DNA of 64,000 nt from an uncultured Candidatus Rokubacteria bacterium (GCA_963805625.1 CAWDVE010000021.1:96001-160000); one strand, 5' to 3'; positions 50,284 to 60,216 are shown, numbered from the stretch's first letter. Translations and numbers: made by a program. The notes: generated by a model from the sequence alone, not told the origin.

Positions 50284-50369
50284 TGGTGGCGAGGGGAGGA
50301 TTTGAACCCCCGAAGGCGTTCGCCAGCAGATTTACAGTCTGCCCCCTTTGGCCACTTGGGTACCTCGCC
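50284..50369 (-). tRNA. tRNA-Tyr(GTA)
   Basis: GGCGAGG stem, loop CTGTAAA, long variable arm, CCA end. Confidence 0.97.
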
Positions 50370-50463
50370 ATTCGGACCGTGGACTCCAGTGGAACTCGCT
50401 CCGCCGGCAGACGGCCGGCGCTGGTTGCGAAAGTTATCCGGGGCCCGCCCGGTCTCCTCACGG

Positions 50464-50538
50464 TGGAGCTGGCGAAGGGAATCGAACCCCCGGCCTGCTG
50501 CTTACAAGGCAGCCGCTCTACCCCTGAGCTACGCCAGC
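50464..50538 (-). tRNA. tRNA-Thr(TGT)
   Basis: GCTGGCG stem, loop CTTGTAA, TTCGATT, CCA end. Confidence 0.97.
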
Positions 50539-50553
50539 AAGCGACAAAACTCC

Positions 50554-50582
50554 ATCCTATGTACCACTTCCCCCCGTGTCAA
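50554..50582 (-). promoter_or_regulatory. Sigma70 promoter of the tRNA-tuf operon
   Basis: TTGACA (50582-50577)-N17-TAGGAT (50559-50554), 15 nt before the first tRNA; short AT-rich tract upstream. Confidence 0.75.
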
Positions 50583-50590
50583 CCCAATTA

Positions 50591-51391
50591 TTACCGGCGG
50601 CGTCCAGGGGCGCCCCCGGCCCCCTCCTGGCGCTGTCGCCGGACCTCGTACAGGAGGGCCGCGCCGGCCGCGGCGACATTGAGCGACCCCACGTGCCCGG
50701 CCAGGGGAATCCTGACCAGCAGGTCGCACGTCCGGGCCACCAGGGGCCGGAGACCCCGCCCCTCGCTACCCAGGACCAGGACCACAGGCCCCCGGAGATC
50801 CGCCGCCCAGGGGGGCTGGACTCCCTCGGCGCCGCCGCCTTCGGCCATGGCTCCGACGATCCAGCACCCCTCCTGCTTCAAGCGTTCGAGCGCTTGGCCG
50901 AGGTTCCCGACCCGGGCGACCGAGAGGTATTCGAGGGCCCCGGCCGCCGCCCGGACCACATGCGGAGTCAGCCCGGCGGCCTGGTGCCGCGGCACCAGCA
51001 CCCCGTGGACCCCCAGGGCCTCCGCGGTTCGGAGGAGGTTCCCGACGTTTCCCGGGTCCTGGACCTGGTCTAGGGCCAGAAACAGGGCCGGCTCGCCCCG
51101 CTTCGCGGGAACGGTGAGCAGATCGTCCAATTCCGCATACTCCCGGGGGGCTACCCGGGCCACCACCCCCTGGTGGTGGGTGGTACCGGCCAAGCTTGTA
51201 AGGGCTGCCCGGGGCACCCGGCTCAGGCGCACGCCGCCCTGGCGCGCGAGAGCCAGGATGTCCGCGTGGCGGTCCCGCGCCTCGGCCTCGACCAGCACCT
51301 CCTCGATCGGCCGGGTCCGGCTCCGGAGGGCTTCCAGAACCGGGTGGCGGCCGGCGAGGATCAGGGACCGGTCCGCGCCTTCAGCTTCCAC
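50591..51391 (-). CDS. rlmB: 23S rRNA (Gm2251) 2'-O-methyltransferase
   Basis: GRHPVLEAL, HQGVVA, DPGNVGNLLRTA, GSEGRGL, SLNVA (SPOUT fold). Confidence 0.93.
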   Translation of the reverse strand: MEAEGADRSLILAGRHPVLEALRSRTRPIEEVLVEAEARDRHADILALARQGGVRLSRVPRAALTSLAGTTHHQGVVARVAPREYAELDDLLTVPAKRGEPALFLALDQVQDPGNVGNLLRTAEALGVHGVLVPRHQAAGLTPHVVRAAAGALEYLSVARVGNLGQALERLKQEGCWIVGAMAEGGGAEGVQPPWAADLRGPVVLVLGSEGRGLRPLVARTCDLLVRIPLAGHVGSLNVAAAGAALLYEVRRQRQEGAGGAPGRRR

Positions 51392-52830
51392 TTCGGGCCC
51401 GTCGGCGTGTCTTCGACGGCCACGCCCAGGGCGTCGAGCTCCGCCCGCAGGGCATCGGCCTGGGTCCAGTCTCGCCGCTCCCGGGCCAGCTTCCGCTTCT
51501 CCACGAGGTCATCGATGTAGGCGCGCCGCTCGGGCTCGAACACCTGGGCCCGCTCAGATCGGTGTCCCTTCATCGAGAGCCCCAGCACCTGGCCGAGATC
51601 GATCAGGACGTTCACCCCTGTCACGAAGTCCTGTCCGCCGTGGATTCCTGTCCGGACGCGCTCCCGCTCCTCCCCGAGGGCCGTCGCGAGGAGATTCAGG
51701 ACCCCAATGGCCTGGGGGGTGTTGAAGTCGTCGTCCATCGCCGTCTCGAACCGCTCGCGAAGAGCGGCAACCGTCGCCAAGAACGACCCGTCCGGGCTCG
51801 GCTCGGTGGGAACGAGCCTCCCCGCCTCATCGATCAGTTGTCGGAAACCCTCGAGATCGTCGACCAGCTCGCGGACCCGCTCGAGGGGGCGCCGCATCCC
51901 CGCGACCCCCTCTTCGGTGAACTCCACCGGATTCCGGTAGTGGGTCTGGAGCAGGTAGAGCCGGAGCGCCTCGGGGTCGTGCCGCTTCAGCAGGGCCTCG
52001 ATCGTCAGGGTATTCCCCAGCGACTTAGACATCTTCTCGGACCCGAGGTTCACGAAGCCGTTGTGCAGCCAGAATCGGGCGAACGGCTTCCCCGTGGCGG
52101 CCTCGGACTGGGCGATCTCGCACGAATGGTGCGGGAAGACCAGGTCCTCCCCCCCACCGTGCAGATCGAGCGTCTCGCCGAGATACTTCATCGCCATCGC
52201 CGAGCATTCGATGTGCCACCCCGGCCGGCCGGGGCCCCACGGGCTCGGCCAGGACGGCTCGCCGGGCTTGGCCGCCTTCCAGAGCGCGAAGTCCCGCGGG
52301 TCGCGCTTCCGCTCGTTCACGTCGACCCGGGCACCCGCGAGGAGCTCATCGAGATTCTTGCCCGACAGACGCCCGTACGCGGGGAACCTCGCAACCTCGA
52401 AGTACACGTCGCCGGCCACCGCGTAGGCCGCCCCGGCCGACACGAGCCGCACGATGAGCTCCACCATCCCAGGGATGTGTTCGGTCGCCCGCGGAGCCTT
52501 CGTGGGCGGCATGACGCCCAGCTTGGCCATGTCGTCCTCGTACGCCTGGATGTATCGCTGGGTCAGCTCCGCGATCGGGGCCTTCAGCTGGTTTGCCCGG
52601 GCGATGATCTTGTCGTCGACGTCGGTGTAGTTCTTGACGAACGTCACCCGGTATCCCCGGTAGCGGAGGTAGCGGGCGACCACGTCGAAGACGAGGGCGC
52701 TCCGGGCGTGCCCGATATGGGAGACGTCGTACGGCGTGACGCCGCAGACATACATCCCCACCTCACCCGGGACCAAGGGCGTGAAGGGCTCCTTCTGCCG
52801 GGTCAGCGTGTTGTAGATCCTGAGGCTCAC
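51361..52830 (-). CDS. cysS: Cysteine--tRNA ligase
   Basis: YVCG.T.Y..HIGH, GRPGWHIECSAM, KMSKS. Confidence 0.98.
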   Translation of the reverse strand: MSLRIYNTLTRQKEPFTPLVPGEVGMYVCGVTPYDVSHIGHARSALVFDVVARYLRYRGYRVTFVKNYTDVDDKIIARANQLKAPIAELTQRYIQAYEDDMAKLGVMPPTKAPRATEHIPGMVELIVRLVSAGAAYAVAGDVYFEVARFPAYGRLSGKNLDELLAGARVDVNERKRDPRDFALWKAAKPGEPSWPSPWGPGRPGWHIECSAMAMKYLGETLDLHGGGEDLVFPHHSCEIAQSEAATGKPFARFWLHNGFVNLGSEKMSKSLGNTLTIEALLKRHDPEALRLYLLQTHYRNPVEFTEEGVAGMRRPLERVRELVDDLEGFRQLIDEAGRLVPTEPSPDGSFLATVAALRERFETAMDDDFNTPQAIGVLNLLATALGEERERVRTGIHGGQDFVTGVNVLIDLGQVLGLSMKGHRSERAQVFEPERRAYIDDLVEKRKLARERRDWTQADALRAELDALGVAVEDTPTGPKWKLKARTGP

Positions 52831-52903
52831 GGTGCCCCCCGCTCCGAGTCTTCCTGAGACGGGGCCCGCGGCCCGAGGGATTCAGGCTTGCCGGCCCCCT
52901 GGG

Positions 52904-53383
52904 TCACCCGGCGACCTCGACCAGCGCTACCGCCATCGCGGCGATGCCCTCGTGGCGCCCGAGGGCGCCGAGCTGCTCGGCGCGCTTGGCCTTGACGCTC
53001 ACCCGGTCGACCGCCAGGCCAAGCGTCTCCGCGAGCCGCGTCCGCATCGCGTCGAGCCAGCCTGCGAGCCGCGGGGCCTCCGCCACGACCGTCGCGTCCA
53101 CGTTCACGATGCGGCCGCCGTGGCTTCGCACCTGCTCCACCACCTCGCCCAGGAGTCGGAGGCTCGAGATCCCGCGGTACCGGGGATCCGAGTCGGGGAA
53201 GTGTTGCCCCAGGTCTCCGAGGGCGAGCGCGCCGAGGAGGGCGTCCGCCACCGCGTGGGTGAGCACGTCGGCGTCGGAGTGGCCCCTCGGGCCCCGCTCG
53301 GCCGGGACCTCGACCCCCCCCAGCACGAGGGGCCGGCCCTCGACGAGCGGGTGGACGTCGAACCCCAGGCCGACCCGTGTCAC
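52904..53383 (-). CDS. ispF: 2-C-methyl-D-erythritol 2,4-cyclodiphosphate synthase
   Basis: RVGLGFDVH, GHSDADV, GDLGQHFPD. Confidence 0.97.
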   Translation of the reverse strand: MTRVGLGFDVHPLVEGRPLVLGGVEVPAERGPRGHSDADVLTHAVADALLGALALGDLGQHFPDSDPRYRGISSLRLLGEVVEQVRSHGGRIVNVDATVVAEAPRLAGWLDAMRTRLAETLGLAVDRVSVKAKRAEQLGALGRHEGIAAMAVALVEVAG

Positions 53384-54117
53384 CGGGACCGCCGGTGTGG
53401 GCGCCGCGCGCCGCGGGCCCGCCCGCCGGGCGGCGCCAGGAGCTGCCGGGCGAGCGGCAGATCCTCGGGGTGGGTGATCTTCAGGTTGCCGGGGAGCCCG
53501 GGAACGAGGCGGACGGGGGCGCCCAGCCGCTCGACCAGCGCAGCATCGTCCGTGCCGAGGATCCCGTCCGCCCTCGCCCGGCGGTGGGCTTCCCGCAGGA
53601 GCTCCGCCCGGAATCCCTGAGGGGTCTGGATCGTCCAGAGCCCGTCTCGCGGCACCGTCTCCTTCACCCACCCCTCGGCGCCCCGCTTTAGCGTCTCCGC
53701 GACGGGGAGGGCCGCGATCGCGGCCCCGTGGGTCCGCGTGGCCTCGACGACCCGGCGCACGAGCTCGGGTGTGATGCACGGGCGGGCGCCGTCGTGGACC
53801 AGGATCCACCGCGCCGCCGGGGGCACGGCCGCCAGGCCTCGCGCCACCGACTCCTGGCGCTCGGACCCGCCCGCCACCACGGCCCGGACTTTCCGGCACG
53901 CGCGCAAACGGCGGCGCCACGCCGCCACGTCCTCGGCGGGAACCGCCACCACGACGCCCTCGACCTCGCGGGTGGCCGCGAGGACGTCGAGGGTCCACCG
54001 AAGAACCGGGCGAACGCCCAGCCGGATGTCCTGCTTCTTCCGGCCCATGCGGATGCCTCGGCCGCCCGCCGGAACCACGACCCAGACGTCCGGTCCGCCA
54101 GATGCGGGCCGGGTCAC
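53380..54117 (-). CDS. ispD: 2-C-methyl-D-erythritol 4-phosphate cytidylyltransferase
   Basis: PAGGRG.RM, GGSERQESV, VHDGARP, QTPQGF, TDDA, NLKIT. Confidence 0.96.
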   Translation of the reverse strand: MTRPASGGPDVWVVVPAGGRGIRMGRKKQDIRLGVRPVLRWTLDVLAATREVEGVVVAVPAEDVAAWRRRLRACRKVRAVVAGGSERQESVARGLAAVPPAARWILVHDGARPCITPELVRRVVEATRTHGAAIAALPVAETLKRGAEGWVKETVPRDGLWTIQTPQGFRAELLREAHRRARADGILGTDDAALVERLGAPVRLVPGLPGNLKITHPEDLPLARQLLAPPGGRARGARRPHRRSR

Positions 54118-55217
54118 CGGCGGCCCGCGGCCTCTTCCTCCGCGAGCCGGGTGAAGATCATGCGCCCGGCGGCGGTCTGGAGGACCGTGTTGACCATGAC
54201 GTTCACCGTCTGGCCAATGTGGCGGCGGCCCTGCTCGACGACCACCATCGTCCCGTCGTCGAGGTAGGCCACGCCCTGGCCGGCCTCCTTCCCCTCACGG
54301 AGCACGTGGACGTGCAGCATCTCTCCGGGGAGGACGACGGGGCGCAGAGCGCCGGCGAGCTCGTTGACGTTCAGGACCCGCACCCCGTGCAGCTCGGCGA
54401 CCTTGTTCAGGTTGTAGTCGTTGGTGACGATGACGCCCCCGACGGCGCGCGCCGTCTCGATGAGCCGTGCATCGACCTCCCGGATCTGCGGGAAGTCGAG
54501 GTTGTGTAGCTCGGTCTGGATGCCGGGCAGCCGCTGGAGGCGCTGGAGCACGTCGAGCCCTCGACGCCCGCGATTCCGTTTGAGAGGGTCGGAGGAGTCC
54601 GCGATCTGCTGGAGCTCCCGGAGCACGTATTGCGGGATCAGGAGCGTCCCTTCCAGGAACCCCGCCTGGCAGACGTCGGCGATGCGCCCGTCGATGATGA
54701 CGCTCGTATCCAGCACCTTGTAGCGCGCGTCGCCGCTGGTGGCGCCGGGGAACACGATGCGTGTGATGCCGCCGAGCTCCTCCTCGCGGCGGAGGACGAA
54801 GACGACCCCCATGTAGGCCAGGAGCAGCGAGAGGAAGCCCCGGCCGGCCGAGCTCCCCGCCGCCGGGAGAAACACGATCAGGGCCGAGGCCACGAGCTGG
54901 GCCAGTAGCACACCGCCAAGCGCGCCGATGGCCGCGAGGAACAGCCGCGGCATCGGCAGCCGCCGGGCCGCCTGCTCGAGCGCGACCACGGCCACACCGG
55001 CGAGCACGCCGCCCAGGACCGCCAGCGGCGCCCAAACGAACCACCGCGCGGGCGGCGCGAAGGATTCGACCAGGAGGTAGCCGCCCAGCCCCACCAGCGA
55101 CACGAAGATCACGCGGGCGACACTGATCGCCGAACTCGTGCTGCTCCGCCGCGCCCCCCCGCTCACGCTCGGTCCTCCGTCCCCCATCATGCCCTCTGCA
55201 TCCTCCTGCCGCGTCAT
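54114..55217 (-). CDS. Membrane PIN/TRAM domain protein (YacL-like)
   Basis: N-terminal TM helices; LDTSVIIDGRI, RGRRGLD, TNDYNLNKVA, YLDDGTMVVVE, QTAAGRMIF. Confidence 0.93.
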   Translation of the reverse strand: MTRQEDAEGMMGDGGPSVSGGARRSSTSSAISVARVIFVSLVGLGGYLLVESFAPPARWFVWAPLAVLGGVLAGVAVVALEQAARRLPMPRLFLAAIGALGGVLLAQLVASALIVFLPAAGSSAGRGFLSLLLAYMGVVFVLRREEELGGITRIVFPGATSGDARYKVLDTSVIIDGRIADVCQAGFLEGTLLIPQYVLRELQQIADSSDPLKRNRGRRGLDVLQRLQRLPGIQTELHNLDFPQIREVDARLIETARAVGGVIVTNDYNLNKVAELHGVRVLNVNELAGALRPVVLPGEMLHVHVLREGKEAGQGVAYLDDGTMVVVEQGRRHIGQTVNVMVNTVLQTAAGRMIFTRLAEEEAAGRR

Positions 55218-56590
55218 CCCACGAGGAGGCCGAGCGCCTCCTCCAGCGTCGTCACCCCGGTCGCCGTGATCGGGTACCGAGCCCCGGCGACCAGGCTCGA
55301 CCGCGGCACCACCGCCTGCGCAAAGCCCAGCGCCGCGGCCTCGCGGAGCCGGGTCTCGAGCCCTCCGATGGCCCGCACCTCGCCCGTGAGTCCCACCTCC
55401 CCCAGGACCACCACGTCCGGCGCCAGGGGCCGCTCCGCGTAGCTCGAGGCCGACGCCACCGCGATCGCCAGGTCCGCCGCGGGCTCCTGGCAGCGCGCGC
55501 CACCTGCCACGTTCACGAACACGTCCTGGTTCTGCAGCGGGATGCCAGCGCGCTTCTCCAGGATCGCCAGCAGCAGGCACACTCGATTGTAATCCGCGCC
55601 GAGTACGGTGCGGCGCGGCGTCCCGAAGTGGGCCGGCGTGACGAGCGCCTGCAATTCGAGGAGCAACGGTCGCGTGCCCTCGAGCGTGGCCATGATCACG
55701 GAGCCCGCCGCGCCGCGGGGGCGCTCGGCTAGGAACATCGCCGAGGGGTTCGCCACTTCCCGCAGTCCACCGTCGGTCATCTCGAAGACACCGATCTCGT
55801 TGGTCGAGCCGAACCGGTTCTTGACGGCCCGGAGGACCCGGTACGTCGCGTGCCGCTCGCCCTCGAAGTAGAGCACCGTGTCGACCAGGTGCTCGAGCAC
55901 GCGGGGGCCGGCCAGCGCGCCTTCCTTGGTGACGTGGCCGACCAGGAACACCGCGATGCCCTGACCCTTGGCCAGCCTCATGAGCCGCCCGCCGCACTCC
56001 CGCACCTGGCTCACGCTTCCCGGCGCCGACTCGAGATCCCCGAGGTACACGGTCTGGATCGAGTCGACGATCAGAGCCCGTGGCTCGGTCGCCGCCACGT
56101 GGGCCTCGATGGTCTCGAGCTGCGTCTCGGCCAGGATGAGGAGCTCCGACGCGGCCAGCCCGAGCCGCTCCGCCCGGAGCTTGACCTGGGCAGCCGACTC
56201 TTCACCCGACACGTAGAGGACCGGCCCCGCCGTCCCCGCGAGCGCAGCCGAGGCCTGGAGGAGGAGGGTCGACTTTCCGATCCCCGGGTCCCCGCCGATG
56301 AGGACCAGCGAGCCCGGCACGACGCCACCGCCGAGGACCCGATCCAGCTCGGTCACGCCCGAGTGGACGCGGGCGGCCCCCTCGGCCGACACGGCGGCCA
56401 GGGGGACGGGCGCAGCCGTGGGAACTGCTCCCCGGCCCGAGGGCGCGCGACGGCTACCGCCCGTCCCGCGGGGGACGCCTGTCCGCTCCTCGACGATCGT
56501 GTTGAACTCCCCGCAGTCGGGGCAGCGGCCATACCACTTGCCCGCCTGGAAGCCGCAAGCCTGGCAGCGGTAGACGGACACGGGCCTCAC
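55214..56590 (-). CDS. radA: DNA repair protein RadA/Sms
   Basis: C4 zinc finger, GDPGIGKST, KNRFG, Lon-like C-terminal domain. Confidence 0.98.
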   Translation of the reverse strand: MRPVSVYRCQACGFQAGKWYGRCPDCGEFNTIVEERTGVPRGTGGSRRAPSGRGAVPTAAPVPLAAVSAEGAARVHSGVTELDRVLGGGVVPGSLVLIGGDPGIGKSTLLLQASAALAGTAGPVLYVSGEESAAQVKLRAERLGLAASELLILAETQLETIEAHVAATEPRALIVDSIQTVYLGDLESAPGSVSQVRECGGRLMRLAKGQGIAVFLVGHVTKEGALAGPRVLEHLVDTVLYFEGERHATYRVLRAVKNRFGSTNEIGVFEMTDGGLREVANPSAMFLAERPRGAAGSVIMATLEGTRPLLLELQALVTPAHFGTPRRTVLGADYNRVCLLLAILEKRAGIPLQNQDVFVNVAGGARCQEPAADLAIAVASASSYAERPLAPDVVVLGEVGLTGEVRAIGGLETRLREAAALGFAQAVVPRSSLVAGARYPITATGVTTLEEALGLLVG

Positions 56591-58089
56591 GGTCGTGGGG
56601 TCCCGGCGCCAGGGGGCGGCGCGGCGCCCGTGGCGGGCGTCCCACGGCCGATCGCGGCGCGGATGAGGGCGCGCAGGAGAAGACTTCGCTGAGCGCCTTC
56701 CAGGAACGCGGCGAGGTTCTCGTAGACCGTGGGATCCTGGACCAGTCCGCCCAGGGTGCCCTGGCCCGCCTCGATCCGTCCCGTGATGGCGCGGAGGTCG
56801 GCCATCGCCTGGCGGAGATCGGCCAGCGTCTCGCCGAGTTTCGCGTCGCCGCCGACTCCCTCGGTGAGCTGACCGAGGCGCGTCAGCGCCTGCGTCGCCT
56901 GTTTGATGCTCTCCTCTCCCCCGGGCTGCGTGAGCGCCCCGAGCACGCCCTCGCCCCGGACGAGCCGCCCCGTCACCTCGCGGAAGCCTCGCGCCGTCTC
57001 GCGGAGGTCCGCCGCGAGCGCCGGGTCCTCGAGCAGAGCGCGGAGCACGCTGTCGTCGGTGCGGGCACGCTCGACGGCCTGCGCGAGCCCGTCGGCCGCC
57101 GTCACCACCCGGCGCACGACGCGAGCCGCGTCCGGATCCCGGAGGAGGACGCCCAGCGCACCCTCGCCCCGCTCGACGCCGGTGAGCAGCGCGCCGGCCC
57201 GCGCGAGCACGCCCTCGAGATCCTTCAGGACCCGCCCCTCGTCGTACACGAGCGCGTGGAGAATCCCCCGGCCCTCCTCGACCTCGCGCAGGATGCGATT
57301 CACCCGCTCCGCGGCCGCCCGCGCCTCGGCAAGGGTCCGCTCCGCTTCGCCCGCCAGCCCGGCCGTCCGCGGATCGGCGAGCACACGGTCGATCCGGCGT
57401 ACGGTCTCGCCGACCTGCCGGAGCGTCTCGCCCGCGTCGGCGAGCGCCGTCCCGAGCTTCCGATCGTAGACGAGTCGGTGGAGGACTCCCTGCCCCCGCT
57501 CGATCTCGGTCGCGAGACTCCGGAGCGCCCGCACCGTCTCGGCGGCGTCGGCTCCGGCGGAGCTCGCGGTGATGCGCGAGAGGGTCGTCCGGAGCTCGGT
57601 CGAAAGCTCGACCAGGTTGCGGAGGAGCTCCGCCCCCTGCTGCGTGAGGTGCGCCGTATCGAACGGCTCCTCGGTCCGGAGCTCGCCGCCATCCTGGAGG
57701 ACCGCCGCCCCGGAACTTCCGAGGGTGACGTCGATGATCTTGTCCCCGAGGAGTCCCAGGGTCTCGATCCGGGCGAGGGAGTCGGCCCGGATCCGATCCT
57801 GCACGCGCCGGGCGATCAGGAGCTCCACCCGGACCTTGGCGCTGCCGGCCTCGGGCAGCCGGATCTCCCCGACGCGCCCCACCGGGACGCCGGCCAGCCG
57901 CACCGTCGCGCCCTGGATGAGCCCCCCGATCTGGCCGAAGCTCGCGACCAGCCGGTACTGCCGCTCGAAGAGACCGGCCGACCGGCCCAGCATGTAGACC
58001 AGCCCCGCGAAGACGAGGAGGCTCGCCAGGACGAACACGCCCACGCGGAGCTGGAGAGCGGTGCCCGATCCGGGCTGGGTCGCGTCCAT
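56587..58089 (-). CDS. mlaD: MCE/MlaD family protein with long helical-repeat C-terminus
   Basis: TM plus MCE domain (GGL..GATVRLAGVPVGRV, GLLGDK), then about 350 aa of helical repeats. Confidence 0.85.
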   Translation of the reverse strand: MDATQPGSGTALQLRVGVFVLASLLVFAGLVYMLGRSAGLFERQYRLVASFGQIGGLIQGATVRLAGVPVGRVGEIRLPEAGSAKVRVELLIARRVQDRIRADSLARIETLGLLGDKIIDVTLGSSGAAVLQDGGELRTEEPFDTAHLTQQGAELLRNLVELSTELRTTLSRITASSAGADAAETVRALRSLATEIERGQGVLHRLVYDRKLGTALADAGETLRQVGETVRRIDRVLADPRTAGLAGEAERTLAEARAAAERVNRILREVEEGRGILHALVYDEGRVLKDLEGVLARAGALLTGVERGEGALGVLLRDPDAARVVRRVVTAADGLAQAVERARTDDSVLRALLEDPALAADLRETARGFREVTGRLVRGEGVLGALTQPGGEESIKQATQALTRLGQLTEGVGGDAKLGETLADLRQAMADLRAITGRIEAGQGTLGGLVQDPTVYENLAAFLEGAQRSLLLRALIRAAIGRGTPATGAAPPPGAGTPRP

Positions 58090-58091
58090 GC

Positions 58092-58919
58092 TCAGCGGGC
58101 CTCGCCCGCCAGGAAGGCCTGGACCGCCGGTTGCGCCGAATGGCTCAGCGCCTCGGCGGGCCCGATCTCGGCGATCCGGCCGTCGATGAGGACGGCGACC
58201 AGATCCGACACGCTGCGCGCGAACTCGAGGTCGTGAGTCACGACCATCGCGGTCTCGGACGCGCCCTCCGCCCTGAGGCTCTCGACGAGCTCGGTGATGA
58301 GCCGGGCGTTCGTCGGGTCGAGCCCGGCCGTCGGCTCGTCGTAGAGGACCAGCTCCGGGCCGAGCACGAGCGCCCGCGCGATCCCCACGCGTTTGCGCAT
58401 GCCCCCCGACAGCTCGGCGGGCAGCTTGGCGTCGACGTCATGGAGGCCTACCCGCGCCAGGAGGCGATGCACCCGCTCGGCGACCTCGGGCTCCGGCAGG
58501 CTCGCGTGCTCGCGGAGGGGATAGGCGACGTTCTCGTAGACGGTCAGGGAGTCGAACAGGGCGGCGCCCTGGAAGACGAAACCCATGCGCCGGCGCACGG
58601 GCAGCAGCGCCTCCTCACGGAGCGGCGTGATGTCCACGCCGAGGGTCAGGACCCGCCCGCGATCGGGTTTGATCAGACCCGCGGTCAGCCGGAGGAGCAC
58701 GGTCTTCCCCGATCCGCTGCCGCCCATCACGGTGACCGTGCCGCCGCGGGGGATCTCGAGATCGAGGCCCCGGAGGACGGGCACCGCGTTGAAGGCCTTC
58801 CAGATCCCCTCGAGCTGCACGGCCGGCTCCGCGGGAGCGCGCGGCGCCGCGTCGGGCGCCTTCGCGCCCTCGCCCGGCGGGTCGTGGTCCGGCCGCTCGA
58901 GCTGCCCGCTCGCTCTCAT
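58092..58919 (-). CDS. mlaF: MlaF-type ABC ATPase
   Basis: GGSGSGKT, FQGAALFDSLTV, LSGGMRKRVGIARAL, YDEPTAGLDP. Confidence 0.93.
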   Translation of the reverse strand: MRASGQLERPDHDPPGEGAKAPDAAPRAPAEPAVQLEGIWKAFNAVPVLRGLDLEIPRGGTVTVMGGSGSGKTVLLRLTAGLIKPDRGRVLTLGVDITPLREEALLPVRRRMGFVFQGAALFDSLTVYENVAYPLREHASLPEPEVAERVHRLLARVGLHDVDAKLPAELSGGMRKRVGIARALVLGPELVLYDEPTAGLDPTNARLITELVESLRAEGASETAMVVTHDLEFARSVSDLVAVLIDGRIAEIGPAEALSHSAQPAVQAFLAGEAR

Positions 58920-59692
58920 AGCAGCAGGAAGAGCTTCGTGAGGAAGAAGTCGGCGATGATGACGGCAATCGAGACCTGCACCACGGTGGCCGTCGTTGCA
59001 CGCCCCAGCCCCTCGGTCCCCCCGGTCATGGCGAGCCCGTTGTGCGCCCCGATGAGCGTGACGATCACGCCGAAGAAGAAGCTCTTGCCCACGCCGGTGA
59101 CGAGGTCGCGGATCACGACCCAGTAAAAGATCGTGTTCCAGTAGAGGTACACGTCGATCCGACGCTCGTAGACCGCGATCAGCATGCCCCCCACCAGCGC
59201 GATGAAGTCGGCGAGACTCGTCAGCAGCGGGAAGACGAGCAGGGCAGCCATCACGCGTGGCACGATCAAGCGCTTGACGTAGTTCACGCCGATCGCCCGG
59301 AGCGCATCGATCTGCTCCGTCACCTTCATCGAGCCCAGCTCGGCCGTGATTCCCGAGGCGACCTTCCCCCCGACCAGGATCGCAGTGAGGACCGGTCCCA
59401 GCTCGCGCAGGACGGACAGCCCGACGAGCGGGCCCACGTAGAGATCCGCACCGAAGCGCGAGAGGTAGACGGACGACTGGAGCGCGAACACCATGCCCGT
59501 GAAGATCGCCGCCGTGCCCGCGACGACGAGCGAGCGGACGCCCATGCCGTCGAACTCGGCGATGACGAGCGGCACGTAGCGGCGCGGAAGCCAGCCGTTC
59601 CGCAGGACCTCCCAGGTGAGGAGGGCGAGACCGCCCCAGTACGCCGCGACGTGCCGGGCGCGGGGCCCGACGAGCCGCCAGCTCGCGGTCAT
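58916..59692 (-). CDS. mlaE: MlaE-type ABC permease
   Basis: RELGPVLTA, AELGSMKVTEQIDAL, EGLGRATT. Confidence 0.95.
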   Translation of the reverse strand: MTASWRLVGPRARHVAAYWGGLALLTWEVLRNGWLPRRYVPLVIAEFDGMGVRSLVVAGTAAIFTGMVFALQSSVYLSRFGADLYVGPLVGLSVLRELGPVLTAILVGGKVASGITAELGSMKVTEQIDALRAIGVNYVKRLIVPRVMAALLVFPLLTSLADFIALVGGMLIAVYERRIDVYLYWNTIFYWVVIRDLVTGVGKSFFFGVIVTLIGAHNGLAMTGGTEGLGRATTATVVQVSIAVIIADFFLTKLFLLL

Positions 59693-60195
59693 CGTGACGC
59701 CCCCGTGAGGGCGAAGCTCCCCGCGAAGCGCTCGAAGTCCGGGACAAGCGCCCCGAGCGCGTCGGGAGGGGCCACGCCGACGAGGTCGTAGACGCAGCCG
59801 GCCCCCCGGAGCGTCACCGCCCGCACCGCGACCGGTACGCCGTCGAGCGTGGCGCGGAAGCGCTGGGCCGCGCCGGGAAGCCCCCCGAGCGTCACGGGGG
59901 TCTCGACGAGGCCCTGGACGTCCCTGAGGCCGAACCGGAGGTGCCGGACGAGCACCGGGAGCGAGCGCGCCGGGGGCTTGCCTTCGCAGGTGGCGTGAGC
60001 CATCAGTCCGGCCGCGGCGTCCGTGCGCCGGAGCGCCAGGTCCGCTTCGCTTTCGATCCGTGTCCAGCCATCCGGGGCGCCCACGCGATACCCCTTCCGT
60101 GCGACCAGGTAGCTCCCGTCCTGAAGACGTACCCCGCCGCACCCTGCAAGCCCGGTGAGCAGAGCCGCCACCGCTAACAGCCTCCGGAGCCACAC
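59689..60195 (-). CDS. Lipoprotein of unknown function
   Basis: MWLRRLLAVAALLTGLAG-C lipobox; ATGA overlap with mlaE. Confidence 0.75.
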   Translation of the reverse strand: MWLRRLLAVAALLTGLAGCGGVRLQDGSYLVARKGYRVGAPDGWTRIESEADLALRRTDAAAGLMAHATCEGKPPARSLPVLVRHLRFGLRDVQGLVETPVTLGGLPGAAQRFRATLDGVPVAVRAVTLRGAGCVYDLVGVAPPDALGALVPDFERFAGSFALTGASR

Positions 60196-60216
60196 GCCCC
60201 GGCGCCCTGGTATCGC

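Noticed and set aside
50583-50593. AT-rich tract upstream of the tRNA promoter as an UP element proving an alpha-CTD exists
   Set aside because: Too short, and largely made of the rlmB TAA stop plus a second TAA.
51820-51885. Apparent 10-aa tandem duplication in CysS (ERVRELVDDL / EGFRQLIDEA)
   Set aside because: Lies in a variable helical linker; the similarity can be explained by amphipathic periodicity.
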